Shown here: positions 15,626 to 29,374 of the stretch, piece by piece | Numbering within the stretch: the stretch's first letter is position 1 | Layout of the letters: each line of letters opens with the position of its first letter | Assembly: GCF_009914755.1 (NCBI RefSeq) | Contig: NC_060925.1 | Direction: 5' to 3' (one strand) | Source: the human T2T-CHM13v2.0 reference genome, Homo sapiens | Length of the DNA stretch: 64,000 bases | Notes under the pieces: model-generated | Databases searched by the model: none | Seen by the model: the letters and a program-made list of their open reading frames with translations, nothing else | What the model was told of the DNA's origin: nothing | Position numbers and translations under genes: made by a program

Positions 15626-17504
15626 CTGAAGTCTAAAGATCCACTGAGCCCCAAACCCCTGTTGAGTCCACAGACCCTGGACCCACAGAGCTTCAGGACT
15701 GACCTGGAATTGAGCTAACCTCAGTTGTTTTAGGTCAAGGCACAGGGTGTGTGCCCCCTCCACTCCATTCTCTCCTGTTGTTCCCAAATCTGAACTGCTT
15801 CTTGTCTGGTGGCTGCCCGTAGTGTGTGGTGCACTTATTCATGATGTAAACAGTTGCCAGACAGCCTGTCTGTGCTGGGACTTCAGGCATAACCATGAAC
15901 AAGAGCAATCTACACAGTTTCTGCCCTTGCAGAGCTTACAGCATCATAGGGTCACCAACGAGAAATGAGACAATTCCAAGAAATGGAAATAGTTGAGGTA
16001 CAGCTGCTTCTAGTACAGACTGTGTGATATGGGTAAGTCAAGTTGCTGTTCTAAGCCTGGATTTCCCTGCCTGAAAAATAGAACTAAGTCTGAGAGACTT
16101 TCTAAGATACCCTGAAGATGTGAATTAATGACTGTGTGAATCAAAACTCCTATACATCCCATCCCATTTTAATTGCATCCCTGGAAAGGACAGCGAGTGG
16201 AAAGGCCAGGCTAGTCCTTCTGTGTATTGAGTCACGTTTGGTGCGTTAGCCCACGCCGAGCCTCTAAACTTCCTTCCGCTCACTTCGAGTCTCTCCTCAG
16301 GAGCTCCCCCTGGTCCATTTTCCCTCATATTTTGGCTCTTCTTTCCCATCTCCACCATCCCATTTCTGTGAGCTTTGGGCCTTCTCCTTGGTTCCACTTG
16401 ACCGTCCCAAAGCATATAAAAGGACTTGTTTTCATAAGGAAGAAACTTTTGGTGATGAACCATGACATTTTGCCTTCCTGAGAGGAATCTTTGATGTTTA
16501 AATTATCTGGGGATGTTGAACAAAGGAATGTGGGAAATGCAAAACTTTTTACAAGGGGGAAAGATGCCCACACAGGGTGAAGTGTACAAAGCTTCAACCT
16601 GGTAATAAACTCTCAATTTCTTCCTTGAACACAGCTGCACCTCTCCTCAGACACCTCCAAAGCTTTTGGGGAGGGAGCTGGTTGCTGTGCCTTCTCAGAG
16701 GAGTGCGAACTGTGTCTCTGAGAAGAACACAGCCATTTGTTCTGTTAGGATGCTTCTTTCAGACTGTAATTAGAGTGCTGTGGGGGGTGTAGATGGAGGA
16801 GAAAGAAGAATATGAAATGCTCTTACTTCCCTGTGGCTCATTCTTCCTGCACCACGGGGCTTTGAACCCACTGAAATATTGTGACTGAAACATACACTGT
16901 TATATGCAGAGACAGAGAGAAAGCAGCATGTACACCTCTGAGTTCATGCCTTGATAGTATCTGTGTGCTACAATGAGGTGGCGCAGACTGGCGGAGAATT
17001 AAACAGAGTAGGTCTGAATTCTGCTGTGTAACTCTTTGTCTTTCAACACTCTTGAAAGCCTTTATTTTTCCAAACTGCGAAACAGAGATGAAAGTGTGGT
17101 CCCCTAGCCCTTTTCTTAAAAGGTTTTAAGGACCACCATGTGAGAACTCATAACTTTTCAATATTCATAGTACATGCTATTCTGTGATCATCCCACTTAT
17201 GGGAGGGATTCATGAAGCAGTTATAATGAAATAGTGTAGCATCCAAGAATATTTGTGGGTTTTTTGGTTTTGTTTTAAACTTTATTTGCAGCAATATCAA
17301 CAACAATTTATTGATGATGTTTTACTGAATTATCAGTTAACATCTTTCTAGCATGTGCCAGCAGAGGGGAAGGAGGGTGGCAGAGAAAGAGCATCTAGGA
17401 TGGTTCTGTTTCATTCACAGCAGATAATCCTTGAAGCAGCTGGCACATATTGTGTGGATGACAGAGAATTTGGTGCTATTGAGCTTAATGATCTTTAATA
17501 TAAA

Positions 17505-18590
17505 CATGTCAGGATATCCAGCTGACTTATATACACAGCTGAATTCCTGATCCTCCCTCTTCCCAAACCTGCTCCATTATCTTTTCCATCCTGGTTTGTT
17601 TAACTCCATTCTTCTGGTTGCTGTAGCTTAAAACTTTGGGGTCATCTTGGATGCATGTCTCTCTTACACTCCTCGTCCACCAGCCAGCAAGTCCTCCTAG
17701 CTGTGTCTTCACAGTCTATCCAGAGCCCCACTGTTTCTCATGAGCTATACTTTACCACTCTCGCCAAGGCCACCATCATCTGGATACAACCTGGAAGATC
17801 TCCCTGCTTCCACCCTTAATCCCCTTCAGTCTCTTTTCAACAGGACAACCAGAGACATTCTTTGCAAACTTAAGTTGTGGGACTCCTCTGCTGCAACTGA
17901 CCAATCGTTTCCCAATCACACCAAGTAAAACTCAAATCTTTATAGGGTATCTATGGCCCTACATGATGGCCCTCCACTTCCCCACTGCCTGCTACCACTC
18001 TGACCTTTTTTCCATGTATTCAGTCCACTCTAGTCACATTGGCTCTTTTCTGTTCTTCAAAAGCTCCTGCAAGATGCTTCTGCCCCACAGCTTTGCCCTG
18101 GTCATCACCTCTGCCTGGAATCCTCCTCCCCGGATGTCTGCATGGCTCACTTCCTCACATCTCTCATGTCATTCCTCAAGCCACCTCAGTGAGGCCCTCC
18201 CTGGCCACTCAACCAAATATTCCAGCTCCCCGACACCCAATACTTACTATACTTCTCTGCTTTATTTTTCCCTGAGGAATTATCAGTTTATAACATTCTG
18301 TTTATTATGCTTATTTATCTTGTTTATTGTTTTTCTCCTGCAGTATAATGTAAGCTCTGTTGAGGACAAAGATTTGCTTCTTTTTTTGAGAAGGGGGTCT
18401 TATTCTCTGGCCCAGGCTGGTCTTGAACTCTTGACCTCAAGCCATCCTCCTTCCTCTGCCTCTCAAGTATCTGAGATTACAGGTGCATACCAGCATGCCC
18501 AATTATACTTGCTGCTATATCCTCATATTCTAAAACAGTACCTACCATGTAGTAGGCACTCAATAAATTGTATTTTGGAGGTGGAATGAA
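17505..18590 (+). mobile_element. L2 3' portion
   Basis: Pyrimidine-rich L2 body ending tagtaggcactcaataaattg...gaatgaat. Confidence 0.75.
18380..18505 (-). mobile_element. FLAM (free left Alu monomer) inserted in the L2
   Basis: tttttttgagaagggggtct...ggtcttgaactcttgacctcaag...gattacagg. Confidence 0.8.
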
Positions 18591-18659
18591 TATATAAAAT
18601 AAAGGCCTTGATAATAGGTTATCTGTATTATGATACATTCTCAGAAAAGTCAGTAATAT

Positions 18660-18850
18660 AACAGCTACTTGGAGCACCTACTATACCTTGCACATTCTAT
18701 CATTTAATCCTCACAACAACCTTTTGAGATAGGTATGATCATTATTCCTAATTTTATGAATGAGGAAACTAAGATTTAGTTTAAGAACTTGCCCCAGATC
18801 ACACCACGATGGAGCTAGGATTCAAACCCAGGTCTGTACAACTTCAGAGC
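18660..18850 (-). mobile_element. MIR
   Basis: MIR core catttaatcctcacaacaacc...gaggaaact...ggattcaaacccagg. Confidence 0.75.
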
Positions 18851-21800
18851 TTTTAATCATTATACTTTAACATTCTGGATTCCACCAACTTCAAGGTTAA
18901 AAACCGAAACAGGAAACATATTCCAGTTCCTTCATTATCTCCCTTACATTAATTGTCATGCTTTTCTTCCCCTGTGTCTACTCAAACAAATAAATGAGAT
19001 CTCAATATTGAGAAGAGAAAGAAAAAAGACCAGTCATTCCCTGAGCTCCTAAAAGAATAATCTTCTTTGAGTTCTCATAACTGAAATGTCATGAAGCTGT
19101 GGAATAGCACTGGCTTTGGAACGTGATGCTCTAGGTCTGCCGCCACCGCCCTAATCCTTGGAAATGGCAAGTCATCTGACCTCTCTCTATGCCTTAGTTT
19201 CCCTGCTTATGGAAAGCCGGTCTTGGACAGGTGATCTGTCAGGTTCCCCTCGCCTGATATCCTGGTCTGTGAGACTCCTGGTCTGTCTTCCATTGCCGTG
19301 GACATAAGGTGGTGGAGTAGGAGTGGGATATAGCACTTCATGTAATGCCATTTATTTGCCTTAACCACTTTAGGGAAGGATTTCTGCTCATAGGAGGAGC
19401 CTTCTGAAAGCTCCAGATTCTAAGGAAGAATGACCCCATATGATGTCGTCGAGCATTTGCATCACCCATCCTGCTTATTAGAGTCAATAATGGATAGGAT
19501 TTAGAGGGCTAGCTTCTGTTTTGGCCTTTATTGACAACCTAAGTCTCCTTAAATCCTTTCTGGAACAAGTCAAGGGATAAAGCATAAATAACTTTAATAC
19601 TGCTGAACTCTATGACCTTCAGTAAGGTGTTTACCTTCTCTGGGGCTGTGTTTGCTTCTCTGAAAAATGGGAGAAATGGTTCCCCAGGCTCGTAAGAACA
19701 CTGAAAATATAGAAACATTGAAGAGGCTCACCCTAACCCCAACCCATTTTCCAATGGCACTGAAATGAAACCACTGCCAACACAGAATTGCCAATCTTGC
19801 TTCCAATTTCTCTGTTAGTTTCAGAACATTTAGGGTTGAAGAGGTTTTTCTTGATGTCTAACCCAAATTCCTCCTTCCTAAAGCAAAGACTTTACAGGAA
19901 CCTTGGCAAGGTTTCCCTATGGGTAGCAAAGCTCTCTGAAACATGGACTCTGAAGATTAATAGGAATATGACCATGTGGCCATTTGTGTGCTTGGCAGAG
20001 TGTGTGTACGTATGCTGCTTGTGCCAGGATGAGTGTGTGTTTCCATGCCAATGTGTGTGATGAAGCATGCAAGTGTGTACAGTAGTGTGGATAAACAGAT
20101 CTTTGAGTCACACAGGCCAGCCCATCCTGGCACTTTGTCTTCCTTTTGGTTGTCATGACAGCAGCGAGGGGCTGTGCATCAGTAAACAAAGCTCCCTGCA
20201 TGGAGCCGGGAGGAGAGGTCTGGAGCGAGAGGCTAAAACATGAGTCAAGCAGTCCTCCAACCGAGGCTTTCTTACCCCAGCCGACCTACCAGAACATCTT
20301 CATCGCTAGACAAGCATCGAGATACCAGTCCAGGTGCCCTGTGACTGACTCTGGGGTCACATAACATGGGCAGACATTTCAGGCTGGAGCTAGGCTTTCA
20401 TCAACCTCACTTCTAATCCCCAAGAGTTAGCAACAGCATAATCAAGTCTAGAAATGTGAATGACCGAAGACCCTCCTAGTATCAGCCTATGGGCTAAAAC
20501 CAGTTACTTCATTAAGGCAGAAATTAGCCACTTTGTGATTTGTCTGTAGCAGTGGCTCCTTATAGGTTCATACATTCATAAAATGCTAATTTTAATAATA
20601 ACCTAAAATGATTTCAAAGAAGTCTCTGTCTTCTCTCCCCTCATCCCTCCAGGCACACATGATAAATGTTTTGGGCATTCTACCTTGTATGAGATTATGT
20701 AATTCTTCCACTTCATCTTAATGATTAATTATATAGAATTAGCTGTGTATGAATAGTTGAGTTTTACAATTTATATTTCTCATGTAAACTGCTGCAGAAA
20801 AAAAGCAGTCACAAATACAAATGTAGTAACCAGGATAAAAGAAAACTGTGCTCAACCATGCAGGGCAAAGAGATCCACCTTGTTCTTAGTTTCCATGACT
20901 GAAATTTAGAAACCCAAACCTTGCATACATATGTAGCATCTAGAGTAGAGGCTCATCCATGCTTAACTCCAATTCACCTTACTTCCCTGTATGCAAGAGC
21001 CGTATGTGAGGGGACCTACAGGTTATCCTCCCTCAGAGGAGCCAGGTTTGGGGCTGGAGGAGCAACCTAAAATTAAGGATGACAGAATTGGGTAAGGAGA
21101 AGTATCGGGAATGAAACACGACTTGGATTTGTGTCACTGTACAATCTCTTATGGGAATCTAGTCAGGACTCTCAGAGTCAACCAGATCTATCCCTGCCTC
21201 TGGTTATGAGCCTAGGGTTTATGTGGGTCCTAATGTCAACTCTTACTGATGAAGAAATTGAGACAGCAAGGTGACTGTCCAGTTTGTAAGCAGCAGAGGA
21301 TACCTAGATCCCCAGCTCTGAAAATAGAATGGTGGTGTTTCTGCTGCATCACATGGGGATTTGTTTTTGTTCCCCTTGTTTGGAATTCTGAAATCTAGAT
21401 GCATCCCTTCTTGATTTCTGTTGCATCTCTCGGTGTAGAAACCCTGGATAGAACAAATGAAAAGGAGCCAATTACCTATCCTCTTACCTTAGGCCACAGG
21501 CTGTTGCCAAGGGGCCTTAGGGAATATGAACACTCTTCTTCTATAGGCCAGATTCCCCCTTTTACATTTTCTATGCCTTGCTCCAAGGGAACTGGATAAA
21601 TTAAGATATTCATAGTGCCCTACTATGAGCTGCCTTTCAGTGGGGGAATTCAGCAGTCATCTGGTAAACTAAATAACCGTAATATGCATCATCATCCGAA
21701 TCACCCCAGGATCCTCTGTGAAGAGGACAGGGTACTCAGATCCTCAGAGGAGAGAGGGACCAGTTAAAGGAGTATGCTTTGTTTCGCAGGTCTGGCCACA

Positions 21801-24800
21801 TATATACCCATGAGCCTGATGGGCATGTTAAATCTAAGGTTTATGAAGCTGAATCTTATTTGTTCCTGTTCTCTCCAGAATGCAATATGTGTATGAATAA
21901 ATGGACACAAAATCAAGCAGTATATCACTAGCTTGACTAACGCTATGAATTTTATTCTAGGTCTTTAATAACCCAACACAGAGCAATGGATTTTTATGCT
22001 ACTGTCTCAATGAAAAGGATAGTCCCTTAAAGAAAAACAAAACCCATCTGTTTTAATATCCTTATTTTCCTCAACCTTGGGCTGAAATGAAATCCCTCTT
22101 GTAGATTTTAAATGTTGACTTCTAGATAGCAGGGAAGACAGCTAAGGCATTGTGGAAACAGCACATAACCTGGAAGAAGACATTAGTTTGAATTTTGTCT
22201 CTGCCTCTTGCTAATTGGATTATCTTGGGCAAGTAATCTTTTTGAATCTCGCAGGGCTTTTGAAACTATAAATGAAATAATTGACATGAAAATGATTTGT
22301 AAATTTAACAAGTTTAAATGTGTTACATGAACATTAGCTGTTCTTGACATTTTATTTCTATAATCTATGGAATCTATCATACCAGACACTGGGTTAAGCT
22401 TCGCTGACCCTTGTTGGAATGTGATACTTGACCTCATGAAGGCTTTACTTGACCTCATGAAGCCTGCAGACTAGTCAGGGAGACAGGCCATGGGTACTAA
22501 CAATTACAGCAGCGAGGGCAGAGGGGCTGTAAGAGTTAGGAAAGACACAGGTGCTGGACTTGCTACCCAGGTTCCCAATGAAAGAACAAAACAGAAAAGG
22601 CTGCTTGATAAAGCATCATAAAGAAGGTCCCCCACATCCTCCATTAAGGTGCTGGAGCTGCTTAGGAGGTACTCCCAGTGGTGCACATTCGTTGCTTTAC
22701 TTCTTTTAGCCAAGAGGCTTGGCCAAATTGGTTGGGCTCTGGGACTGTGAGTTCCAGCTAGGATGCCAGGTGGGAGGGTGGGAGGAAAGGGAGCCTACAA
22801 TGGCGAAGAAGAGCAGGGAACCCAGCGAGTGAGACCTGGATCCAGGAAACTTCCAAACACAAGGAGGCATGTGGAAACAGCGCTTAACCTGGAACCGGAA
22901 GAGGTTAGATAAAGGGAGGTTAGACGGGGGTTTGTTGGCCTATCCTACCAGAAATCAAGCTACATCGTCATTCTGGAGGCCTTATAGAGATGACATACCC
23001 CATTCTTCATAGTCTAATTTACACTGATTATAGTGGAGTCAAATGAAGAGAAACTGGTGGCAGTGTGCAGGAGTTGCTCCTAGTTCACCTGCTCCCTTTG
23101 AGTCAGTGCAGAGATGGAGTACTCCTCCTTTTAAGCCTCTGGGAGTCAGGGAAGAACTATGACTTCTCCTAGTTAGCCTGGATATTTGTCATTAAAAAAA
23201 ATCTACTGAACATATACTATGTGGTAGGCCTATTCTAGTCTAGGAAGATAGAAAGTTGAGTAAGGCACAGAATGTTTTTGCAAAAAGCTCACATAGAAGG
23301 AGAGACATACAGCTGACCATAGTAAAGGTCTGACTGCAAGATGAGCTCTAAAGGGATGGGGAAGAGGTAGACTGGAGGCCAGAAGGTTGGGGTGCAGTGA
23401 TGGTGGGACCCAAAGAGAAGAGGCAACATTTCAGCCTGGCCTTGAAGAAGGATTTTGACTCAGGCAGATAAGCATTGTGCACTAGCCTTGAACGCCCATC
23501 CTGCCTTTTCAGTAAGTGTGGGAAATGTGCTGTAGTTGAAGTGTGGCTGTGGTGGGCTGTAGGCAGGCGGGGGGTGGATAGGGATGGCAGGAGGAGATAA
23601 GGCTTGAAGAGAAAGGTTTGGCTACAACTGTGTAAGACTTTGAACGTCATGCTTGAAGGCTTCATCCTCTTCATTGAGCAGAGGGTGATGGAAGCCATAG
23701 AAGAGGGGCTAATAGAGTAGAAAGAGATGAAATTTAGAAGATCTGAGAGTTGTGGTTCCTCTGAGGGGCTATGTGTCCTTGGACACTTGCCCTCTCAAAG
23801 GGCCACTTAAGTCACTTTAGATTCAGTTTTCTGAGCTGGAAAATGGATATGTTGGTCATAATGCTTATCCTAGATGCTCAAGGATGATCATGTTCCTCCG
23901 GTCATAGCCTGCTTCAATTCTCCTCTTTCAAGGTCTTGCTCAAAATATCACCTTCTTATTAAACCTCCCTGGATTCCCCCAGGGTTGAGAAATCAAGACA
24001 CAGACCTATGAAAAGGTAAAGTAACATATAAAAATGCCATTTGGCTAGGCAAATATGTGGTGCATGAAGGACTTGGGCTCTTACAAGAGAAAGGCCTGGG
24101 TTCTAATCTTGGCTCTGTTTCTTACTTAAACTCCATCAAGTTGCATAACTTTTAAGTTAAGGATGAAAATACCTATTCTACCTTCTTCTCAGAATGGTTG
24201 TAAAGATTAAATGAGCAAAATATATGAAGGTGCTTGGTAAATTAAGATGTGCTCTACACATGTTACTTGCCATGGTTAGTACTGGAGGTTTGGAAGTGGT
24301 AAGATCCAGTGAATGACCTTTTAAAAAGATAACGTTGATAGTGTGAGATGGGTGAAAGGAGGAGAAAGAGACAGGAGGTTGAGAGACCAGCCGGGTGCTA
24401 TTGCAGTGGTCCAGGCAGGGAAGGATGAGATCATGGATCAAGATAGTGAGGATGGAGAGGCAGGGTGAATTCAAGTGCTTTTATGAAGGTAGAACCAACA
24501 GGACAATGGTACTAACTGGACAGGAGGGATTGAAAGAAGCAAAAATCCAAAGGTAAGAATTTTGGTGGATGGTGATGTCATGAACCAAGCCAGCCCCTTG
24601 TTACTTTCAAATTTCTGAAATTCAGAAAGTAGAAAGGAGGCATCCCAGGGCTTGAATTCAGTTATCCTGGCCCTCACTGGCCCTGGTCGCTCTTCATTTT
24701 GACTCTTTCCTTCCCTTCCCCCATAGCACCTTTAGTAGAACCCAATGAACCTGAAGCCAAGCACAGGAGAATTTGTCCTTCCAGTGTGCCTTTCCCTACA

Positions 24801-25046
24801 CCTTCTGCCTGATTGTAAGCAGGTGGCTGTACCCAAGGACACCAGCTCTATTTTGGCAGGAGGGCCAGGTGTGACACGAACAGGTGTCTGTTGGCATTAT
24901 GGTAGACTGGCGTCTTCCCTTTCCCTGCACTGTAGCTGGGGCCCATCCCCCAGCCCCTCATTCATTTCTTCTTTCCTAGACATGACAGAGAAACTGGCAG
25001 GACTTACAGTGGGTGCTGGACTCCCTCAGATTCAGTCTGCAGCTCT

Positions 25047-25200
25047 ATTTTTTTTTTAAACGTCTTGCTCTGTTGCCCAGGCTGGAGTGCAGTGGCATGA
25101 TCACAGCTCACTGTAACCTCGAATTCCTGGGCTCAAACAGTCCTTCCACCTCAGCTTCCCAAAGTGCTGGGATTACAGGCATGAGCCACTGTGCCTGGCC
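25047..25200 (-). mobile_element. Monomeric Alu (FRAM or collapsed AluJ)
   Basis: About 150-bp single arm with T-tail; TSD tgcagctct at 25038-25046 and 25201-25209. Confidence 0.88.
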
Positions 25201-25779
25201 TGCAGCTCTTTATGGGGATCACATTTAATAAGTAGAACAGCTTCCCAGGTAGTAGGAGAACACCTGAGCCATGGCTGGGAGGCACTGCACTGGTAAGGGC
25301 ATCCTAGCCTGGAAGGGTGTTTGGTGATGAGAGAGGCATTGCTAGAGGTGGCTTCTGGAGGAACCTGTTAGCAAACTGTGATTTATTTATCCCCATTCTT
25401 TCACCCAATAAATTTGATCCTCCTCTTCTCTACCAGGGAGCCCTTAGTCCTCTTCTCTTCTCTTTCTCCCATGGAGCTGTAGCCTTCTCATTCCTGTTGT
25501 CACACGGAGTGGCATTGGCCCCCTGAGCCCATCTTGGGCTCTATCTTCTTCCTGACCCTGACCTTCACCTGAGTGTTCCCTCTGCCTCATGATCTCCCCT
25601 CCACCCCACCCCCACCACCTTCCCACTGGCTTTATGGGAGTCAGGTGTCCTTCTCACGTCCCTTCCTTTCTTATTTAACTGACATCAGTCACCTTCGAAT
25701 AGCATTTTAGCCTTTGAAGTCATCAGGCTCATTGATCTTCAGTGGCAGCTTTTATTGAGCACTAGAGTACAGGACAGCA

Positions 25780-25985
25780 GAGGCAACACAGCATTGTGGT
25801 TAGGGTTCAAATCCCAGCAAGGCATTTCACCTCAAGAAACCTTGGCTTCCCCATCTGTTAAATGGGAATTTTAATAGTATTAATACTTCATAGGATGGTC
25901 GTGAGGATGAAATGAGTTAATGGGTGTAAAAACCTTGATACAGGGCCAACACATCATAATTGGTCAATATACGTTAATCACTATG
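25780..25985 (+). mobile_element. MIR
   Basis: ggttcaaatcccagc...ttccccatctgttaaatggga...gtgaggatgaaatgagttaat. Confidence 0.7.
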
Positions 25986-26360
25986 TTATCAAAAGGAGAA
26001 AGAGTAGCTGTGCCCTTCAGAGGGTTAAGGGTTTTTGTTGTAGCTGAAGAGGTGGAACATGGCATTTTGAAACCTAGTTTCTCACATGGCTAAGAACATA
26101 CCTTTCAAAACAGAGCAAGCAATCAGTTGGTCCTGACTGGAATGCAGCTAGTCTGGGAAGGCTTCCTTTGTGAGGCTGAATGAGGTGTGTTTCTGTGTAA
26201 CATTGTAAGGAGGTCATATTTGCAGCCTGGGTCAGGGGAAAGGGTACATGGGCTTAATAGAGGTACTTGCTCAGATGCTCTCTCTCTGTTGCTTGATTCA
26301 CTCTTTCCCTTAGTCATGGCCCTGTCCAAACCCAGTGAATCTTATCCTTCTTATCCACAG

Positions 26361-26476
26361 GGAATTTGCCAAAGAGAGAGAGAGAGTGGAGAACCGAAGG
26401 GCTTTCATGAAGCTGCGGCGCCAGCAGCAGATTGAGCGTGAGCTGAATGGCTACCGTGCCTGGATAGACAAAGCAG
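26361..26476 (+). CDS. CACNA1E: CACNA1E exon 8 (116 bp): start of I-II linker with AID and QXXER motif
   Basis: ttatccacag|G GAA TTT GCC ... AAA GCA G|gtaggc; encodes [38 protein letters not shown]. Confidence 0.97.
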
Positions 26477-26796
26477 GTAGGCCTGGGGGGCTGCAGGAGG
26501 CTGGTGAGTGGGCTGCAGAGACATCAGGGCCGGCCCCTCACTCCCAATGCTCCCATTCAAGGGGCAGCCTAGACAAGACAAGAGAGACACTCTGGATGCT
26601 TGGTTGGCTCTTAAGGTTCCCTGCTCATCCGACTTTCTTCCTCTGGGGTCTAACTGTCCTGTCTATCAAACTGTCCCAACACCTTAAGGCAGGCATCTTA
26701 GCAAGGTGAACTGAGTAAAAGTAACATAACCCAATCCTGGAGCTGAGACTGGGCTGATGGCGTTTTGTAATACCGTTCCTGGTGCTCACAGCAGTC

Positions 26797-27440
26797 CATT
26801 CATTCAGCAAATATTTATTGAGTGCCTACTTTGTGCCAGACCCTGTTCTAAGCACTTGGGATATGGCAGTGAGCCAAACAGTCAACCAGCTCACCAAAGC
26901 TCTTCTCTTGTAAAGCTCTCTAGTTGGCTAAGGCAACGATAAACAAAATAATAAATGAGTAACTTATAAGACAATGATAAGGTGGTAAATATGATGGGAA
27001 AACTGATCAAGTTAGGGGTATGGGATATAGAATGTGCCACAGTTTTAAATAGGAGGTCAGGGTGGGCCCATTGGTGTGTAGACTTGAAGAAATGAAGGAG
27101 TGAGCCAGAAGAAGTTCTGGGAGAGGAGTATTTCAGCGCCAAGTACCTAACATGGGAGTGAGCTGGGGTGCCCAAGGAGCAGAAGGGGGAAGGAATAGGG
27201 AGGAGGAACAGGAGACAGAGTGACAGCTGTCATGGGGGAAGTGGGCAGCAATCGTGTTTGACCTTATGGGGCCTTGTAAGGGCTATGGGCTTCACTCTGA
27301 GTGACACAAGAACCATGGGAGGGTTTTGAGCAGAGGACTGACGTGCTGGCCGCATTGAGAATAGACCATAGAAGGATAAGGCTGGAAGCAGAGGGACTAG
27401 TAGTGCCGCCATCTAGGGAGGAGATAATGGTGAGAACAGG
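26797..27440 (-). mobile_element. L2 3' fragment
   Basis: cattcattcagcaaatatttattgagtgcctactttgtgccag, a reverse L2a terminus. Confidence 0.8.
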
Positions 27441-29374
27441 TGTTTTCCTAAGCCTTGAGCTGTCATCAGTTCTTACCCTGTGACTCAACATTAGGAATAG
27501 TTCTCAGCTGCCTGTGAGAATAGGTCCAAACCTATCATGATTTCATTAACCCACAGAGCCACCAGATTCAAGTTTGGCTGTGGCTCAGATGCTTATGAAG
27601 GGCATCAATCACCCCCATATTTGTCAATAAAAGGGACGGGTTTGCTTTCTTTATTATTTTAAAGGTTGGTTTGCATTAGTATTATATATCTTCATTTTCT
27701 TCCAGAGGAACAAGTGATTTCTTAAATAAAAACTACACGTATGACAGTATCTTTTCTCTATTCCTAATAGAAAACATAGCACAAAAGTGAGGTCACAGAG
27801 GAAAAATTTGGAGTATGATTTAGTGCTTAGTTGCTTGAGCCTTATTCTTCTGTAGGAGCTTTGGAATGACACTATAACACTTACTGTGACTGCCAACACA
27901 CAAAAACCCTCTCTAAGCTCTGCAGTCAACTTTTGGTGACCTCCAAGGGTTGAGAGGGTACCTGTATGATTGCGATCTGCACTCCCTTGTAGCCTCTGGA
28001 AACATGAGCAATGTGTGTTGACTATACTTGCATTTCGCCCTTTCTCCTCCAAGGCTGTTGTGTAGGGATGAAGTGGACACAAATATCCCCTACCGCTTCC
28101 CAGAATGGTAACTCAGGCTTACCATGGGAGGTCAAGCAGATTTGCCTCTAGGCCAGGAAGGCAGCTTGATGGTCCCAGCTGTCCTTGGCTTTCTCGGCGG
28201 AGGAGCCATCTGACAGACCACTAAGAGAGCTGGCAGCAGACCCAGGAAGGAGCCCGCCCAGCCTTGGCCACCCCACACAGGTCAGGTGGCAGGGTATGCT
28301 GCTCGCTGGGGCTCTGCTTTTCAAATACTTGCAGAATTCCAAGGCTTCCCTTTCTTCCAGTTGGCAAAGCCAGCTCTCTCCTCCTTCTAAGAAAAAAGAC
28401 GCACTGCGACGTCAAAGTGTGCTTCCTGGCCCTTCCCTTTACAAATGGAGCGCCAGTGAATCAGAGACAGATGGGTTACATTTCCCTGGAAAGACACTCA
28501 AGTTCTAAAGCGAACTTGGCAAAAGGCATGGGGTGAGGAGGAAGGGGGATGGCTTCAGCAAATCCAGAGCCCTTGAGTGCTTCCCAGAGATCTCGGCAGC
28601 ACCACACACCTTCCATCTGTCCTGGGGGGTCCCCAGATCTGCTCACCCCAAAGCCCAGACACTGTGCACAGCAAAAGTGACTTGACTGTCTGGCTAAGAT
28701 AATTAAAGTTGCTATGAGGTATTTTAACAAGTTCCTAATTTTTAAATGATGCCCTCCAAACACGTGCTATAAAATGACTTAAAAACCCTTTATGTCTGCA
28801 GGAAGGAGTGCCCCACCAATAACACTTAACCTGTTAATTTAGCGTTTTGCCAGAGGCTATACTTAAAAAAGAAAGCAAACATTTATGACTTTGTAATAAT
28901 GGCCATCCGGTGAGTACCATCCCAGCCTTAAAATGTTCCCCTCCCTAGGAAATACATTATGTACTCTCAGTTTTATCTGTAGCTGGAATTACGGTAATGA
29001 CTTTAACCTCTCCTACTGTCCTTTTACTTGTTAAAAGTGTTTAAATTAAACCATTGTTTAGTAGGGTCTGAAGCTAGCTTTCCCCCAGCAGCTGGGATCT
29101 TAGGGAATGTTTAACGAGGCCTCTGGCTCCCTGGCCTATGGGTTGAGCTCAAACTCATCCCGTTACTCCTCATAGGGCATGCAGGATCCCACCAGACTTG
29201 GGAGAGAAGGGCTATTTTGTTGATGCACTTGGAGGGATGCTAGTGAGGTTTGGTCTAAAAGTCTTAGTAGAAAATATTCCCCTTCAGATGATGACACCTC
29301 AGTAGAGTATGGGACTGCTCCTGGGGACACCAAGTGGGAAGAGTACAGGGGACTGTCTGGTGTCATTTTAGAAC

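Noticed and set aside
17963-18589. 208-aa ORF
   Set aside because: Runs through L2 and FLAM sequence; chance ORF.
28400-28420. CRE-like GACGTCA in a slightly CpG-rich patch
   Set aside because: A single imperfect motif is expected by chance; an enhancer cannot be supported from sequence alone.
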